Assembly (NCBI RefSeq): GCF_964188315.1
Contig: NC_135661.1
Location: forward strand, 75,206,001 to 75,270,000
Direction: 5' to 3'
Length of the DNA stretch: 64,000 bases
DNA from: Podarcis muralis
Lineage: Eukaryota
Every line of letters begins with the position of its first letter. Positions within the stretch are counted from its first letter, which is position 1. Position numbers and translations under genes: made by a program. Shown here piece after piece: positions 24,501 through 37,500 of the stretch. The notes below the pieces were generated by a model that had not been told where the DNA came from, did not search any database, and worked only from the letters and a program-made list of their open reading frames with translations.

Positions 24501-27329
24501 CACTGTTGGAGATGACCTGCTTCTAAACACCAGTTGCTGGCAACCATGGAAGTGCCTGTTTGATCTCACATCCTATTTGTGGGTTTTGTCATCTAGTTGG
24601 CCATGATGAGAACAGGATGCTGAATTGGATTTGTCATCGGCCTGATCCAGCAGGCTTGTCTTACATACTTAATGTTAGCATTGCAAGTTGTATACTTCTG
24701 CCATGTTGGGGGTGGAGGATGGCTCCAACAAATTTTCCTAATCTGATAATGCTTGCAAAAATCCCAAAACAAAACCCTAATGCATAATCTCCTAGTCTGT
24801 GATACCTGGTTATTATTGCTCTTCTTTTTCTTCTTTTTCAAAGCACTAATTACACTCTGAAGATTGGCACAAACAGTAATGTCCAGATTGATAGTGGAGC
24901 AACTTGGGTGTATTATGTGAGAATCGTTGTGGGTTGTATTCAGCAAACCTTTACTCAAGAGTAGACCCATTGAAATTAACTCCGAGTTGTAAACCACTTT
25001 TTTAAAACAACAACTACAACACCAAAGCAGTGTATAAATTCAAATAAATAAATAAATAAAAGACTAACCTAGGTCCATTAATTTCAGCTTTTAGTTGTAT
25101 TTCTAATTACATTTAATAAATTTTCAAAAATTTCACATATACATTCCAATGCAAAATATTTTTTTCTTTTGCTTGGTTGACTTCCCACCCTATTTCCCAT
25201 GGTGTTTTTTTTATTACTCCCCCTTGCTGCACCCTGTCTTCCCTCTCTTATAACAATCATACAATATTCTCTAAATCCTTCTGATGCTCATAGTTTAAAT
25301 CCTGCTTGCGAATTCATCGTACTGTAATATTTCTTTAAATAGGTCCAGTAATTTCTATGGTTCTGCTCTGAGTAAATGTTAGTTGAATACCAACCATCCT
25401 GTGCCATTAAAAAAATTGGGGGGAAAATGATTATAGGCTCCTGTGGGTCCAAAGTACTCATCCACCATATAAGATTATTTGCGGCGCTTCTGCATAGTTG
25501 GTTGCTTTGGCCTTGACTCCCTTCAAGCAGCTCCCATTGTGGGGATGGGGATGGGGAAGAGCAGGGTAAGAAGACGGCAAGGTGGGGGGCAGCAGCCCCA
25601 CCATTGTGCACACACCCCAATGTGGCTGCTGTTGGCAACCCAGAACAACTCTCAGAACAACGCCATCCCCCTCCTGCCCAAAGTGTACAGTGCCACTTCT
25701 AGGAGGATCTCAATGCTTCAATCTCATGAGTTGCCTTTTCTGAGCTTCAGCTTGGACTCCATCACTTCCAGTGGGAGATGTCTTTTTGTGTCTTGGTGTG
25801 AGTCACTGGACTTCCTGCTTTCAACTGGAAGGTTCACCCAGGACCATGACTTGTGCAAAACCAGGGCAGGTTGAGGTTCCTCTTGGGACAGGTCATTTGG
25901 GCACTTGCCTGCTTTAAAAGCAAACCTCTGAAGTGTGCCACCTCTGACCATGTGTACCTGTGCGGCCGTTCCCCAAGTTTCTAGTAACAAGCCTTTCTGG
26001 TTTATCCACAAATGACAGTTGGAATGTCCAACTTCCCCTATATCTGCATCACTGGTTGACTGGACAGGACAACAGGGCAGCAGTCTGTAGTGAGTCAGGA
26101 GGAACCAAAAAAGCAATGAGGACCAGAGGACAAGGCAGGATTCAGGAGGCGTCAGATTAGAAACCAAGCCCCAAGTGCAAGACCAGATCTCAGGTAGAAC
26201 TTGGTCACTCATGCAGAGTCCCTTAGCCTCCTTATACTCTTTCCTTCCCAGGAGGAATCGGTAGCCATCTTGGAAGGTGTCAGCCCAGCAGCTGCTGTAC
26301 TGAGAAACTGCAGTGATGCAGCTCGCCACATGGGGCAATGGTCAGCATTTCCCAACAGGGACGGAGTGGGGCAGGGCAACTGTGTAAACTAAGGGGTATT
26401 ATGAATACTCCTCTATTTACTCCTTCCTAGTGGTCGCTACGTTGATAGGAATGTCTGTATATACTGGGAAATACACTCCACAAGTTCCTGTGAATAACCG
26501 TGGGTGGTCCTTCTTCATGGCTTGGTCTTGCTTTCTGCTTTTCTTCATTGCCGGTAAGTTAAAAAAAGATAGAGCTATTGGGGGATGGGACATGGACTTG
26601 CATCTCTTGCAAGGGGTATGGAGGCCATGGCTTCCTTCTGGAGGCGGTAGCATCTCTTGAGAGGATCTTCTTGTTGGTTGCAAGGAAAAGATAGGCATTC
26701 CCTGGACGCCGTTACCTCTTGGGCTTTTGCAGATTTGGGGGTTCCGCCTAGTCAAGTGACACCTCTCTCTTGCATGCAGGGGTTGTTCAGGGTGGTTAGA
26801 GAATTGTGACAAAAACGGAAACAGAACCAGACCTTGTGAGCTTCTCTTACTCACCCTATGTCTGGAACGGAAATCCGTCCCTGGAATACATTTTGCATTT
26901 GCTGCTATTGCAGATTTCAGTCCCCCAATGATGGCATTGTCAAATATGTATATTATGTAAGTTACCGTATTTCGCCACACACTGGGCACACTGAATAAAA
27001 TAGTTTCTGGTGGGAATGAACTGCAACAGAGAAGAAAGTGTACTGCATGCGATGAATACTGGGTGGAAGGAAAATGGCGCCTTCTTACATCCCTAGGGCT
27101 ATTTCGGTGGCATAAGGATAAATGCTTACTGCCTGAACTTTGGAGCTGGAGGAAATTATTTCCTCTCCCCCCTGACATTCTGACGAACATTTCTCTCTCT
27201 CCCACAGCTATAGGAATCCTGTTTTATCAAGTGTACCAAGAAATAGAAGAAGAGCTTGAGGACAATGTTGTACCGCAAGGGATGCCAAACGGCAGCTATT
27301 CCTTGGAAACGGAAGGGGCTAAAGGCTGA
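21596..27329 (+). CDS. Gene B: claudin-superfamily tetraspan protein, 189 aa (paralog of A)
   Basis: Exons 21596-21779 (184), 24261-24401 (141), 26431-26553 (123) and 27208-27329 (122, ends TGA). Total 570 nt in frame, all GT-AG phase 1. Exon 2 and 3 sizes equal those of gene A. Confidence 0.88.
22412..23768. mobile_element. Tc1/mariner MITE interrupted by a retroposon
   Basis: CAGTGGTAGCTC ... GAGGTACCACTA termini with TA flanks. Confidence 0.6.
22497..23629 (-). mobile_element. ~1.1-kb non-autonomous L1/Tx1-like retroposon, copy 3 (full length, diverged)
   Basis: G-rich 5' end with AAGATGGC, T-run at 22498, 18-bp TSD CCAGAGGTGCTGCTTCTG (22479-22496, 23630-23647). Homologous to 1-1155. Confidence 0.7.
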
Positions 27330-28100
27330 CCTTTCTCAGCATGGATGTGGAATGCATCCAGAATTATTTGCAATTTATTCTCGCCCCCACACCACCACCG
27401 AAGATTTGGAAGTTTAAAGTTACTTACTCCTTGCATTCTTCTTCTTCTTCCCTGAATTAACTATGCATAGGAATTCTCTGTCATTCTGTTCATAGATCCA
27501 AATTTTGTAGACTTTGCAGCAGGTTTCAGCTCCTTTGCATCTCTCTTAAACACATGTATTAATGCACATATAACATTATGGAGACTTCGGGGAGCCCTTG
27601 CTGATGCTGGCCTTAGGGTCCAAGCTCCCCAATGTGGCTGCAAAGCATCAGGTGGCAGAATTTGTCATCCGATGTGATTATGTGTATGGGGGCAGGTACC
27701 CACATTGAGGCATTTGATCAAGGCCTGTATTTTAAAATGAGCTTAAAGATTTGCAAATGTTTCATGCCAGGCAGAAAACCAGCTGGATAAGGACTTTGGC
27801 AGTTGTTTATCCTCCTGGACAAGGGCCCCCCTGATTTATAGTAGTAGCAGGAGACAGGTTTCTCAAGGTTGTAAAAGGGAAATACAGGCTGGGAGCAAAG
27901 GTTACACTGACCCTACATATTACAGAATACAATCAAGCTGCAAAAACACTAATTAAGAGTTGGTAAATAGTAAGATCTCTGTTTAGATAGAACTTAATAC
28001 CACAAGCCATCTGTTTTAGCCATTTGTTTTGGAATGTAGGGGCAACAGGGCAAAAGGGGCAAAAGGTGACCTGGTAATTAAGGTGCCTTGTTGAGGCAAA

Positions 28101-28456
28101 TGTAAGATATATGGCTACTTGTCTGCCATTTATGGATAGAAGGAAATATAGCTCTTTGTCTCCCATAAAAGATAATAGGAAATGGGTGTATCTTTTATGA
28201 TTGGTTCTAGCAAACAGCCAATAGGAATTTCAACCAGGCTGATTGGACAGAGGCAGCCAAAGGAGGAGCAAGGGGGCTGGGTTGAGGAAATATAAGTGCT
28301 GGCCATCAGGGCTGGAGGGCAGGCAGAGCTTTGGTAACCATATACCACTGTGCCTATCATTTATTTGTCTGACAAATAAATTATTATTTTAATTTCTCTA
28401 TTGCTGCATTGAATATTTCATTCCAGCTAAGCGTTAACCACAAGCAGGGTGCTACA
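28101..28456 (+). mobile_element. Solo LTR-like element, first of several LTR remnants to ~29.4 kb
   Basis: TGTA...TACA ends, CCAAT/ATTGG boxes, ATATAAG, AATAAA 28375-28380. No TSD found. Confidence 0.5.
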
Positions 28457-30110
28457 ACATGGCTTGAAAGGAGCAATAAGGAGCTTAAAGTGGGGCCTCT
28501 TGCTCATTTGCTGGAACAAGGTGCACTCCCCCCCAGCCATCAGCGCATGGGCAGTGGTGTGGAATGTTTTCCACTGGGAGCAGTCAAATACAACATTCCT
28601 TGTTTTCCTAGAGTGGACATGCAAGGGAATGTTTGGTACAGCCAGTTGAAACTTCCTGTTCTTCCTGGCCTGGAGCATCCTTCTTTGCATATGACTAATC
28701 GGTGGGCGTGACCTTTCCAGACCTGGTGAAAGGACAAGGCATGCTGCCTCTCTCTCTCTCTCTCTTTTCCATCTTCCTTTCGTCCTGCAAACTTCCTGGA
28801 TTGAACTGCTGGCTGCCAGCCAAGCAGCCCCCCAGGTCATCTCCCTTATGGGGTAAACCTGTTTTTATACATTTGTAACTTTAAGCCTAAAGCCTGCCTT
28901 CAGGGATCACACTGTGCTTTGCTTGATTGTGAGTAAACTTTATTTTTATTGCTTATGAATAAGACTGTGGTGTCTTTATTCTTTTAGGATGGATTCAAGG
29001 GGTCTTACCAGGAAAATATGAGAAGACATTTTGTAGCCTTATGGAGCTTTGCCCTCGGGTGGGGAAAATATTGTGCCTGGGAAAGGGAAGTGGGAGTCAA
29101 CAGACACTCAAGGAATAGTTTCGGAGAAAAAGTTTTTATTTCTACCATCCATGAACTGGTAGAAGGAGCAAGTGTGATAAGGCACAAAAAGCATGCAAGA
29201 AGTTCACAGTCCTGTGCACAAGCATATATACCCTTTTCTAGTTCCCTCCCCCTTTCTCCTCCCTCAGGAGTCCTGCCCCATGAGTTCCTCTGAGCATGAA
29301 CAGAAAGCTGTCTTGGGACTATTGGACTCTTCCCAGGAAAGGGGGGGGGGGTGAGAATCCTTGCGTTCAGCTTGTTCAGATGTCTTGCAACTAGAATGAG
29401 ATAAGATTCGTTTCTCAGGCCTGAGTATTCTTGGCAATGACAGAGTCTATTCATTAGCCTTTTGAAGCCTTCTCGTGCTGATAAAAGTAACGGTTTTGCC
29501 TTGCAACAGCAGAGCAAATGAGCAGATGCTTAGCTGCTGAGAAAATGATTTTGAAAAGCTTTGAGAAGCTTTGAGCCTGCTTTTGGGGGGGGGGGGTGAC
29601 TTCAGGCCTAGGTGGTGTCACCTGTCTTCACCTTCCTTCAATTTCAATCCAGACAAGCCAGATTGAATTGTGTATTGTCTTAAGAGACACAAGCGAGTTT
29701 GCAACTAGTTTTCTGCTGTGTAAAGGGGCAGTGCACTCTGCTAAGTAAAGGAACTTGCTGGCCCAAGTTAGGAAGGATATTAATAAACACTATATCATCT
29801 CCTGCCACCCTGAGCCTTCCCACAAGTAGGAGTCTGCCTTGCTCCAGAATCAGAAAAGAGTTTGCATGGGAACTCCTTCTAAAATGGAGGGGGGAAGCTC
29901 TGTTTCAGCAAGGGTTTCAATGCCACCACCTTCCTAATCTTGGAGCAACCCTCTGCGAAGGTGTGCTGGAAGAGGGTCATTGTGCCGTCAGGTGATGGAA
30001 TTTGTCATCCACCCAACTGTTAAATTAAACCCAGGATGGGTAGGTCAGAAACAGTTTTGGTCTGCTGGTGGAGGGAAAAGTTTCTCTATCACTGCATGAA
30101 ATGAACTACA

Positions 30111-30463
30111 GGACGCGGGTGGCGCTGTGGGTTAAACCACAGAGCCTAGGACTTGCTGATCAGAAGGTCGGCGGTTCGAATCCCCACAATGGGGTGAGCT
30201 CCCATTGCTCGGTCCTTGCTCCTGCCAACCTAGCAGTTCGAAAGCACGTCAAAGTGCAAGTAGATAAATAGGCACCGCTCCGGCGGGAAGGTAAACGGCA
30301 TTTCCGTGCGCTGCTCTGGTTCACCAGAAGCGGCTTAGTCATGCTGGCCACATGACCCCGAAGCTGTACACTGGCTCCCTTGGCCAATAAAGCAAGATGA
30401 GTGCCGCAACCCCAGAGACAGCCATGACTGCACCTAATGGTCAGGGGTCCCTTTACCTTTACC
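30111..30463 (+). mobile_element. Sauria SINE, full length
   Basis: GGACGCGGGTGGCGCTGTGGG head, B box GGTTCGAATCCC, ACCTTT tail. Confidence 0.92.
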
Positions 30464-31092
30464 TATATAATATCCCCTTACACCCAGGCTAGTAGTTACA
30501 GTTCCTACCTCCTCCTTCTTTTTCCAATTTATATACCACCCTTTATCAAAAGATCTCAGGGTGGTATACAACATTCAAAACACATTACAAGACCTCAGTG
30601 ATAAAAACACAGTAAAAAGCATATTGACAGACAGCATAATGGTGAAATTATAGTAATACCCACACTTCTACAGGACATAGATTATTTAATAGCCATGGGC
30701 CTGGGTAAAGAGGAATGTTTTTGCCTGGTGTCTAAAGACATGTAATGATGGCACCAGGCGAGCCTCCCTTGGGGAGAGCATTCCACAATCGAAGAGCCAC
30801 CACAGAAAAGGCCCGTTCCTTGTTTCCACCCCCCAACCTCTCTTTGGCCTTAACTTGAGTGAAGCATTGCAGATATGCTCATATGAACCTGCCCAGGTTC
30901 TGTTCTCCCAAGAGCATGGAAGTTCCATGGCAGTTGGAGTCATAGAATGATAGAAGTAACGGGAAATAAACATTATCCCAGGACCCTTCTTGCACTGTAC
31001 TTTACCTGCCCCCACCTCCTGTGTAATTCTAGGGCAAGGCAAGGATTGGGTTAAAGGCAAATACAAGCAAAGCCTGTCCAAACGTAGGCCCA

Positions 31093-34000
31093 ATGTCTCT
31101 TCACAGGGCCATAGGTTTTTCACTTTCCCTCATCCACATTGTTCTGCTCTTCATCGTCCATGCATCTCATGGCTGGATGATGACTGACTCTCAAGTAGAC
31201 GAGTATCATGCTGGCCTCTGGACCATCTGCTCAGAAAAATTTGGATGCAAACCCCTGAGACCTCATGATGGTATGATAGATGGGGCGAAACGAAAATCAG
31301 TATTGTGGTTTTGTTTGACATATGAATGTAGAATTTGAATTTATTGTGATTTGAAGCACCCTTTAGAAAGAAGAAAGAAAAGAAAGAACTCTGTTGCAAA
31401 GTAGCCAAATTATCCACAGCAGGGATGAAGAACTGACAGCATTCCAGGTTTTGTTGGACTATAGCTCCCATCATCCTTGACCATTGGCCATGCTGGCTGG
31501 GGCTGGTGGTAGCTGAAGGTCCCAACAACTATCAGTTCTTCACCTCTAGTCTGGAGGCCCAGAGCAAAACATTTTGCCTCTTCAACTGGCTGCTGTGTAC
31601 GGAAGTTACTAGTCCAAGAGTTCCCTGGGAAAAAGGGTTGACTGTTAAGAGTGGGGTGCAGTAACATTCATTGCTGGGTCAAACCACGTCCACTGGTGCA
31701 AGAGAAATTTAGCATGACCTGCAGGTATATTGGTCAAAACGTCATGGCTCCTTAATGCCACAGTACTGCAATGTGAAAAGAATGTTAGAAAATGGTGCTG
31801 CTAGGGTTATAATCAGGAAAACTAACACAGTATTCCCCACATCTGAATGTACCCAAACGCTGTGGCTGAAGGAACTGGGCTATCTAGATTGGATTCCTTG
31901 CTTTTTGGGGGTGTTTGAACACTATAGGGGACATAGTCCCCTCTCTGACATCATGTAGGATTGACAGAGAGCCAAGCCACTGTATTGGAAGAGATAAAAC
32001 ATAACTAGCTGTATTTTCCGGCTTGCATCCTCTAACTTCTCTGCCTAGTGCCACCTGTTGGTTCGTGCCTGTGCAACTAATGTCTCCATCTTCTACTGTT
32101 GCCTGGGTTTTAGCTTCATGCTTGTTTGCTGCTGCATCGCTTACCACGATGCCCAGGACTCTGTCTCACCCAAAGCAGCAAAAAGCTTGCCCAAAGGTCC
32201 TAGCTGCTTATCGGAAAACAACACAGACATGACACAACGCCGTATTCACTGTACATTTGAAGCACTGTGGTGCCATTTTCAAAAGTCATGGCTTCCTCCG
32301 AATAATTCTGGGAGCTGTGATTTGTTATTATGGGTGCTGAGTGCTGTTAGGAGACTCCCTCTTCCCCTCCCAGACTTGCAGTTCCCGGAGTTTCCTGAGA
32401 AGAGTGACTGATTGTTAAACCACTCTGAGAATATCCTGTCTTAAATCTCAGGCACTACAAATGTTAGAAATCCTCCCTCTCTCTTAAAGCTGGCAATCTG
32501 TGGATTATGGTTCATCCTTTGCCAGCCCCCTTGCCCCCCCCACCTCTGTGGAGAGATATGCTCCTAAGTCCTACATGTTTTTTCATGGGAGATACATAGG
32601 CCCTCCCTTTATACCACATTATTTCAAATACCACACCTCGTTTTGACTGCTGCAGGTCTAAATTTCGTAGGAAAGGGAACTGCTTTGTATAATGACACGC
32701 TCCCACAGGGTTTTTCTTGGGGGAGGGGGGCAGAAACCCTGGGAAATATATTTGTTTAATCTGTGTCGTTATGAATTGATTCAGACCCATTGCCGACCAC
32801 ACCTCACAACTAGAGAGCCATAGAATAAAATCTTTGTTGCCCCACCTATCCAGTTACCCAAACCTCCACTCCTCCCCAACTTTGGATGATGGAAGAGAAG
32901 AATAACTTTCACAAACTTCCCCCTTCTTCTTTTAGTGCACCTGGACCTCATCCGATGCTTCATGGTGCTAGCAACACTTGCATCTGTCTCAGCTATGCTA
33001 TGGACAGTGGAATGGGACCACGTCATCCACTGCAACTACTGCTTTCCTCCCAAATCCCTGATTACTTCCATCTTCAACTTCCTTGCAGGTACCATTGTGA
33101 ACTGAATAAATTTTAGGTGGCCGTTGTTTGCGTCCTATCGCTTTTTGCATGGAATTAGTTTTGGTGTGGTGCCCTGGTGCAAGCCAATGATTCGTGCGAG
33201 AGCACGAACCTTCCCCCACCCCAGATCTTTTGGTCTGTCGCTCTGTCCCGATGCCAGACAAAAAAGGAGGATATTCCAGGATCCAATCAGAAGCTGGGGT
33301 GGCTTCTGTAATTCCAGGATGTCCTGCTCAAAACGAGACAGTTGAGAGGTGTGTCCTGCAGGCCACCATTTTGTCTGCAGTATATGAAGCTGTTGGGAGC
33401 AGTTATCTGGCATTTTGGAGCGCACATCTCTATTTCTCCACAATTTCTGAATCAGCAGAGGTTGTGCAAGCCCTGCACTGGTGCCGTATTGCAGCGGTGA
33501 ACTGGATGAGGGCCAATAGACCCTACAGGTGGGTGGGTGATTCCTGAGTCTGCAAGATGGGCCCATCGCCTGTTCTGACATGGTTTCCATCCCTCTAAGG
33601 AAGCAGGTACAGAGCTGGAGGGTACTCTCCTGTTTACATACCTGCCATTAGAGGCCCAAGTGACCCCTGTGGCTAAGACTGTCTTTTGCCCGCTTCATCT
33701 GGCATGCCAGCTATGGCTATAACTGGAAAGTGCAGTGGCTGGACTGCTGATGGGGGCAGATGGCTATTGGCCAGTAGCATTTGACACTTTGGCTAAGACA
33801 TCACTGGTATACTATGGGGTCAGTTTCCTGGTTCTTGTGCTTAAAGCTGGGCTCCAGGATACCTTAAAGACGGTTTGAGACCTTATTTCCCAACTCAGTC
33901 AAGGCTGTCTCCCATGTTATGGAGGTCCAAGTGGCTTCACCTAGATGGCGGTCATTTAGTGTCGCTAGTCTCATGCTGTGGAACGCTCTTCTAGCAGAGA

Positions 34001-34549
34001 TCTGGCAAGCATCCTCATTTTTGATTTTCAGGTGTCTCTTGAATACGTTTTTGTGCCAGCAAAGCCTTTACAGCAATTTGATTTTTGTTTAGCCCATCCC
34101 CTTAATGATTATCTCTGTTAGTTTCTGTGAACGCCACTGAGCAGCGTGTCAGTACAATCTCAGTACAAACCCAATTTCTGTACATAGGTACAGTGTTGAT
34201 CCCTTGGAACAACCTTGGACAATAAATCAGCAGGAATTTCGTTACCTGGTATGTAGGACACCATTACGAGTCCTTTCTGAACACATTCTCTAGCATGTTG
34301 CAGCTTCAACTGCAAGTGCTTTGTGCTTTGCTTGCAACCTGTGCTGGAAACTCTGCTGGATGAAGAATGTGCCTGAGGCCTTATCAAAGGCTCAGGTCGT
34401 TATTCATCAGGAGGCGATTCCGAACGGCTCGGGGGAAGAAAATGAGCTTTATCAGCTTGGTTGAGCGGAGATCCCGACAATCTCTACGTATATATGGTGC
34501 TTTATGTTTTAAAGGTGCCTTGATATTTAACGAGACAGGAATACCTCAG

Positions 34550-34586
<37 letters not shown>

Positions 34587-37500
34587 TCCACAGGAATCTT
34601 TGTGCTGGTTGCTGTGGTGGTGTTTCACATCAAAGTCAACCAGTTATCAACAGCTGTGCCTCCTGCTAAGAAATGGGCTTTCTACTTAAGCTGTGCCATC
34701 TGCATCCTGTGTTTCTTGACAGGTGAGTGTGAAGGGATGAACATTATTCCTGAAAGGCTAAAATTAATATTGTGAAATCTCCTGTGTTGGTATGTCACTC
34801 TCTGGTGGGCCAAAGAAAGGAAAGGGAGCCAGATTGGCTCTGTAGGCTGCTAGGCTACACAGGAAAAACCCCCACAATAAATAAGTCAGAAATTAGATCG
34901 TTTAAAAAATATATGGAAAAACGTGTATAAATTATGTTTATAGTGCATTCAAATCATTGTTTCTTTACTAATGTAGCTGAGTCCCCAGTTGCCTACCTGC
35001 TCTCAAGAGCTCAGCCCATTTACTTACAAGGTGGCCTATGAACTATGATTCTATGAGTTCAGAGACGGGACAATCCAACACACACTTTTTTAATGGATCG
35101 GGCAGTCTGTTTACATTGGTACCGGCATCTCCAAGGTCTATGCAATGGAGGGAGTACCACACAGTCTCCAATTTGTCACCAGGCACCTCTGAGGAGGAGA
35201 AAGGCTCAGTGCTAGCATGGTGTCCGGGGTGGCTCTGTAGCAGGAGGAGCCCCAAAAAAGAGTGCCTGATATAACACAGGGGTGCAATCTTTCCCTCACA
35301 ACCGACTTGGCCCTTCTCCTGGAGCCACATCCTTGCTTCCCTGCCTGCAGACCTTCTCCTCTTCCACCGAAACTGTTTCACAGGCATTGCCTTCCAAACC
35401 CCGCTGGAACCTTTCTCTCTTTTTTTGCAAATAATTTTTATTAAATTTCCATTTACCAAACCAATCATATCATATTAATTATTCCAAATTATATCAATAC
35501 ATATCACAAAGTCCAAGTATTAAACCAAATTTTAATTTTTTTGTGGGGGGTACCCATGCTTCGAGTTCGGTAGGAGTCCAATCATCTTATATTTCTGCTG
35601 CTTTGATGTTCACAGTCCCATCTTCTCATCTCCTTGTCGTTATCCTTTTTCTTCTTAATAACCTTCGAGTTGTCTCCACAAGGGAGTTGAAAGAAACAGC
35701 CTTGTTTATATTTCTGTGTGAACTTTGTAATGCTCTCCCGTAATTCATCTCACATAGATCCAAGAATCCAAAAGTCCTGTTCAAGCAGCAGTCGCCATTT
35801 TAGTCAGTTCCGATGAAATACAGTCTAGGCGCCCGCTCCTTAATTTTCCCAGACCAGTTGCACCATAAACCAGTCTTTCCAGAAGGGTTATTGCCCTTTC
35901 AAATTTACGATCCAAACCTGATAACAGAACAGTGGCTCACACCCCCCCCCCCCAAGACTGCAAATCTTGCAACAAGGTCTGCCTCTTAATGGCGAATCGC
36001 TTTTGTAACTACGCCACAAGAAAGCCTCCCTTCTTTCCAGATCTTTCACAGAGTAAAACCTTTTATTAGTATTTTTTATTTCCGCACAGTTTATTTTTCA
36101 GTCTCACTTGCTATCAGTCATTGTGACGGTTCTTCTAAGGGGGGGGGGTTGTTAGGTAAATCATATTGAAAAAGAAGAAAGTTTCCCCCCACCCTTTCCG
36201 TTCCGTTCAACATACTGACATGGCTGTGATTCCTTGATGCAGTCCTCTGTTCATTCTGTTCCATCACTCTATCTTCTCAGTAGTAGATTTATTTAGCAGA
36301 TAATACACTCCTGACCTCACTCGAAACATGTGCATTTACTTCTCCAATTTTTTTTATCTTAAGCAATGCAGCTAGTTTCGCTCTTGAAAGCGGCGTCCAG
36401 GCGCTCCAGAGCTCGCACAAGGGCTTTCCGCCCAGTGCTCCCACCCCCTCCTTCTTTCAAACTCAGGGGTGATTTATGGGCAACCGCGGGTGAGGCAGCC
36501 CTTCTCCAGGAGCCACATCCTTGCTTCCCTGCCTGCAGACCTTCTCCTCTGCCACTGAAACTGTTTCACAGGCATTGCCTTCCAAACCCCGCTGGGACCT
36601 TTCTCAGGGTTGTATGGTTCTCACATCCAAGCTCCTCCCAACCCTCCTCCTGATCTGACCACTCGCTCCAAGACACCACCACAGAGCTCATGACAGTACA
36701 GTGGTACCTCTGGTTACAGATGCTTCAGGTTACAGATACTTCAGGTTACAGGCTCTGCTAACCCAGAAATAGTACCTCGGGTTAAGAACTTTGCTTCAGG
36801 ATGAGAACAGAAATTGCGCAGTGGCGGCGCAGTGGCAGCAGGAGGCCCCATTAGCTAAAGTGATACCTCAGGTTAAGAACAGTTTCAGGTTAAGAACGGA
36901 CCTCCGGAATGAATTAAGTTCTTAACCCGAGGTACCACTGTACTGCCATATTTGTGTGCGTGCTTGAGAGATCATATAACACCTATAGGAAACCGCGGGT
37001 GAGGTCAAATGTGTATTTAGAGAAAGATGCCCTTCACTAGGCTGGCAATACACACCTCTTTTTCGTCAGAGGATGAAAGAAAGAGAGGAATGGGGAATGT
37101 CAGGTTCAGGGGCCAAATGTGGGCCCCAGGCATCTCTCATTGGCACTGGGCTACATCTCCTCCGCCTCAGACACATCCCCTCTCCCAAGGCTACACCCTT
37201 CACAGCCCCTGCTTCTCCTTCCAAGGGTTTTTGCCTGGTTGGAAGGTGTCTTTGAATTGGCCTTGAGAATGCCTCTTGCTTGCCTCAGTGCAGGACAGAG
37301 AGGGGTATTTGAGTGTGTGTGGAACCTGCCTCCTTTACAAAGGTAAAATTTACATTACAGTGGTACCTCAGGTTACAGACGCTTCAGGTTACAGATGCTT
37401 CAAGTTACAGACTCTGCTAACCCAGAAATAGTACCTCGGGTTAAGAACTTTGCTTCAGGATGAGAACCATAGCTGTCAACATTCCCTTTTTTGTGGGAAA

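Noticed and set aside
25724-26338. 204-aa ORF with a faint Myb/SANT (Harbinger-like) look (LLLETWG...QV)
   Set aside because: Similarity is too short to support without a profile search.
26417-27205. 262-aa minus-strand ORF
   Set aside because: Antisense shadow across gene B exon 3 and intron 3, with no domain features.
32023-32411. Cys-rich hydrophobic stretch as gene C exon 2
   Set aside because: Its acceptor is phase 0, giving a frameshift. A correct 153-nt phase-1 exon exists at 32936-33088.
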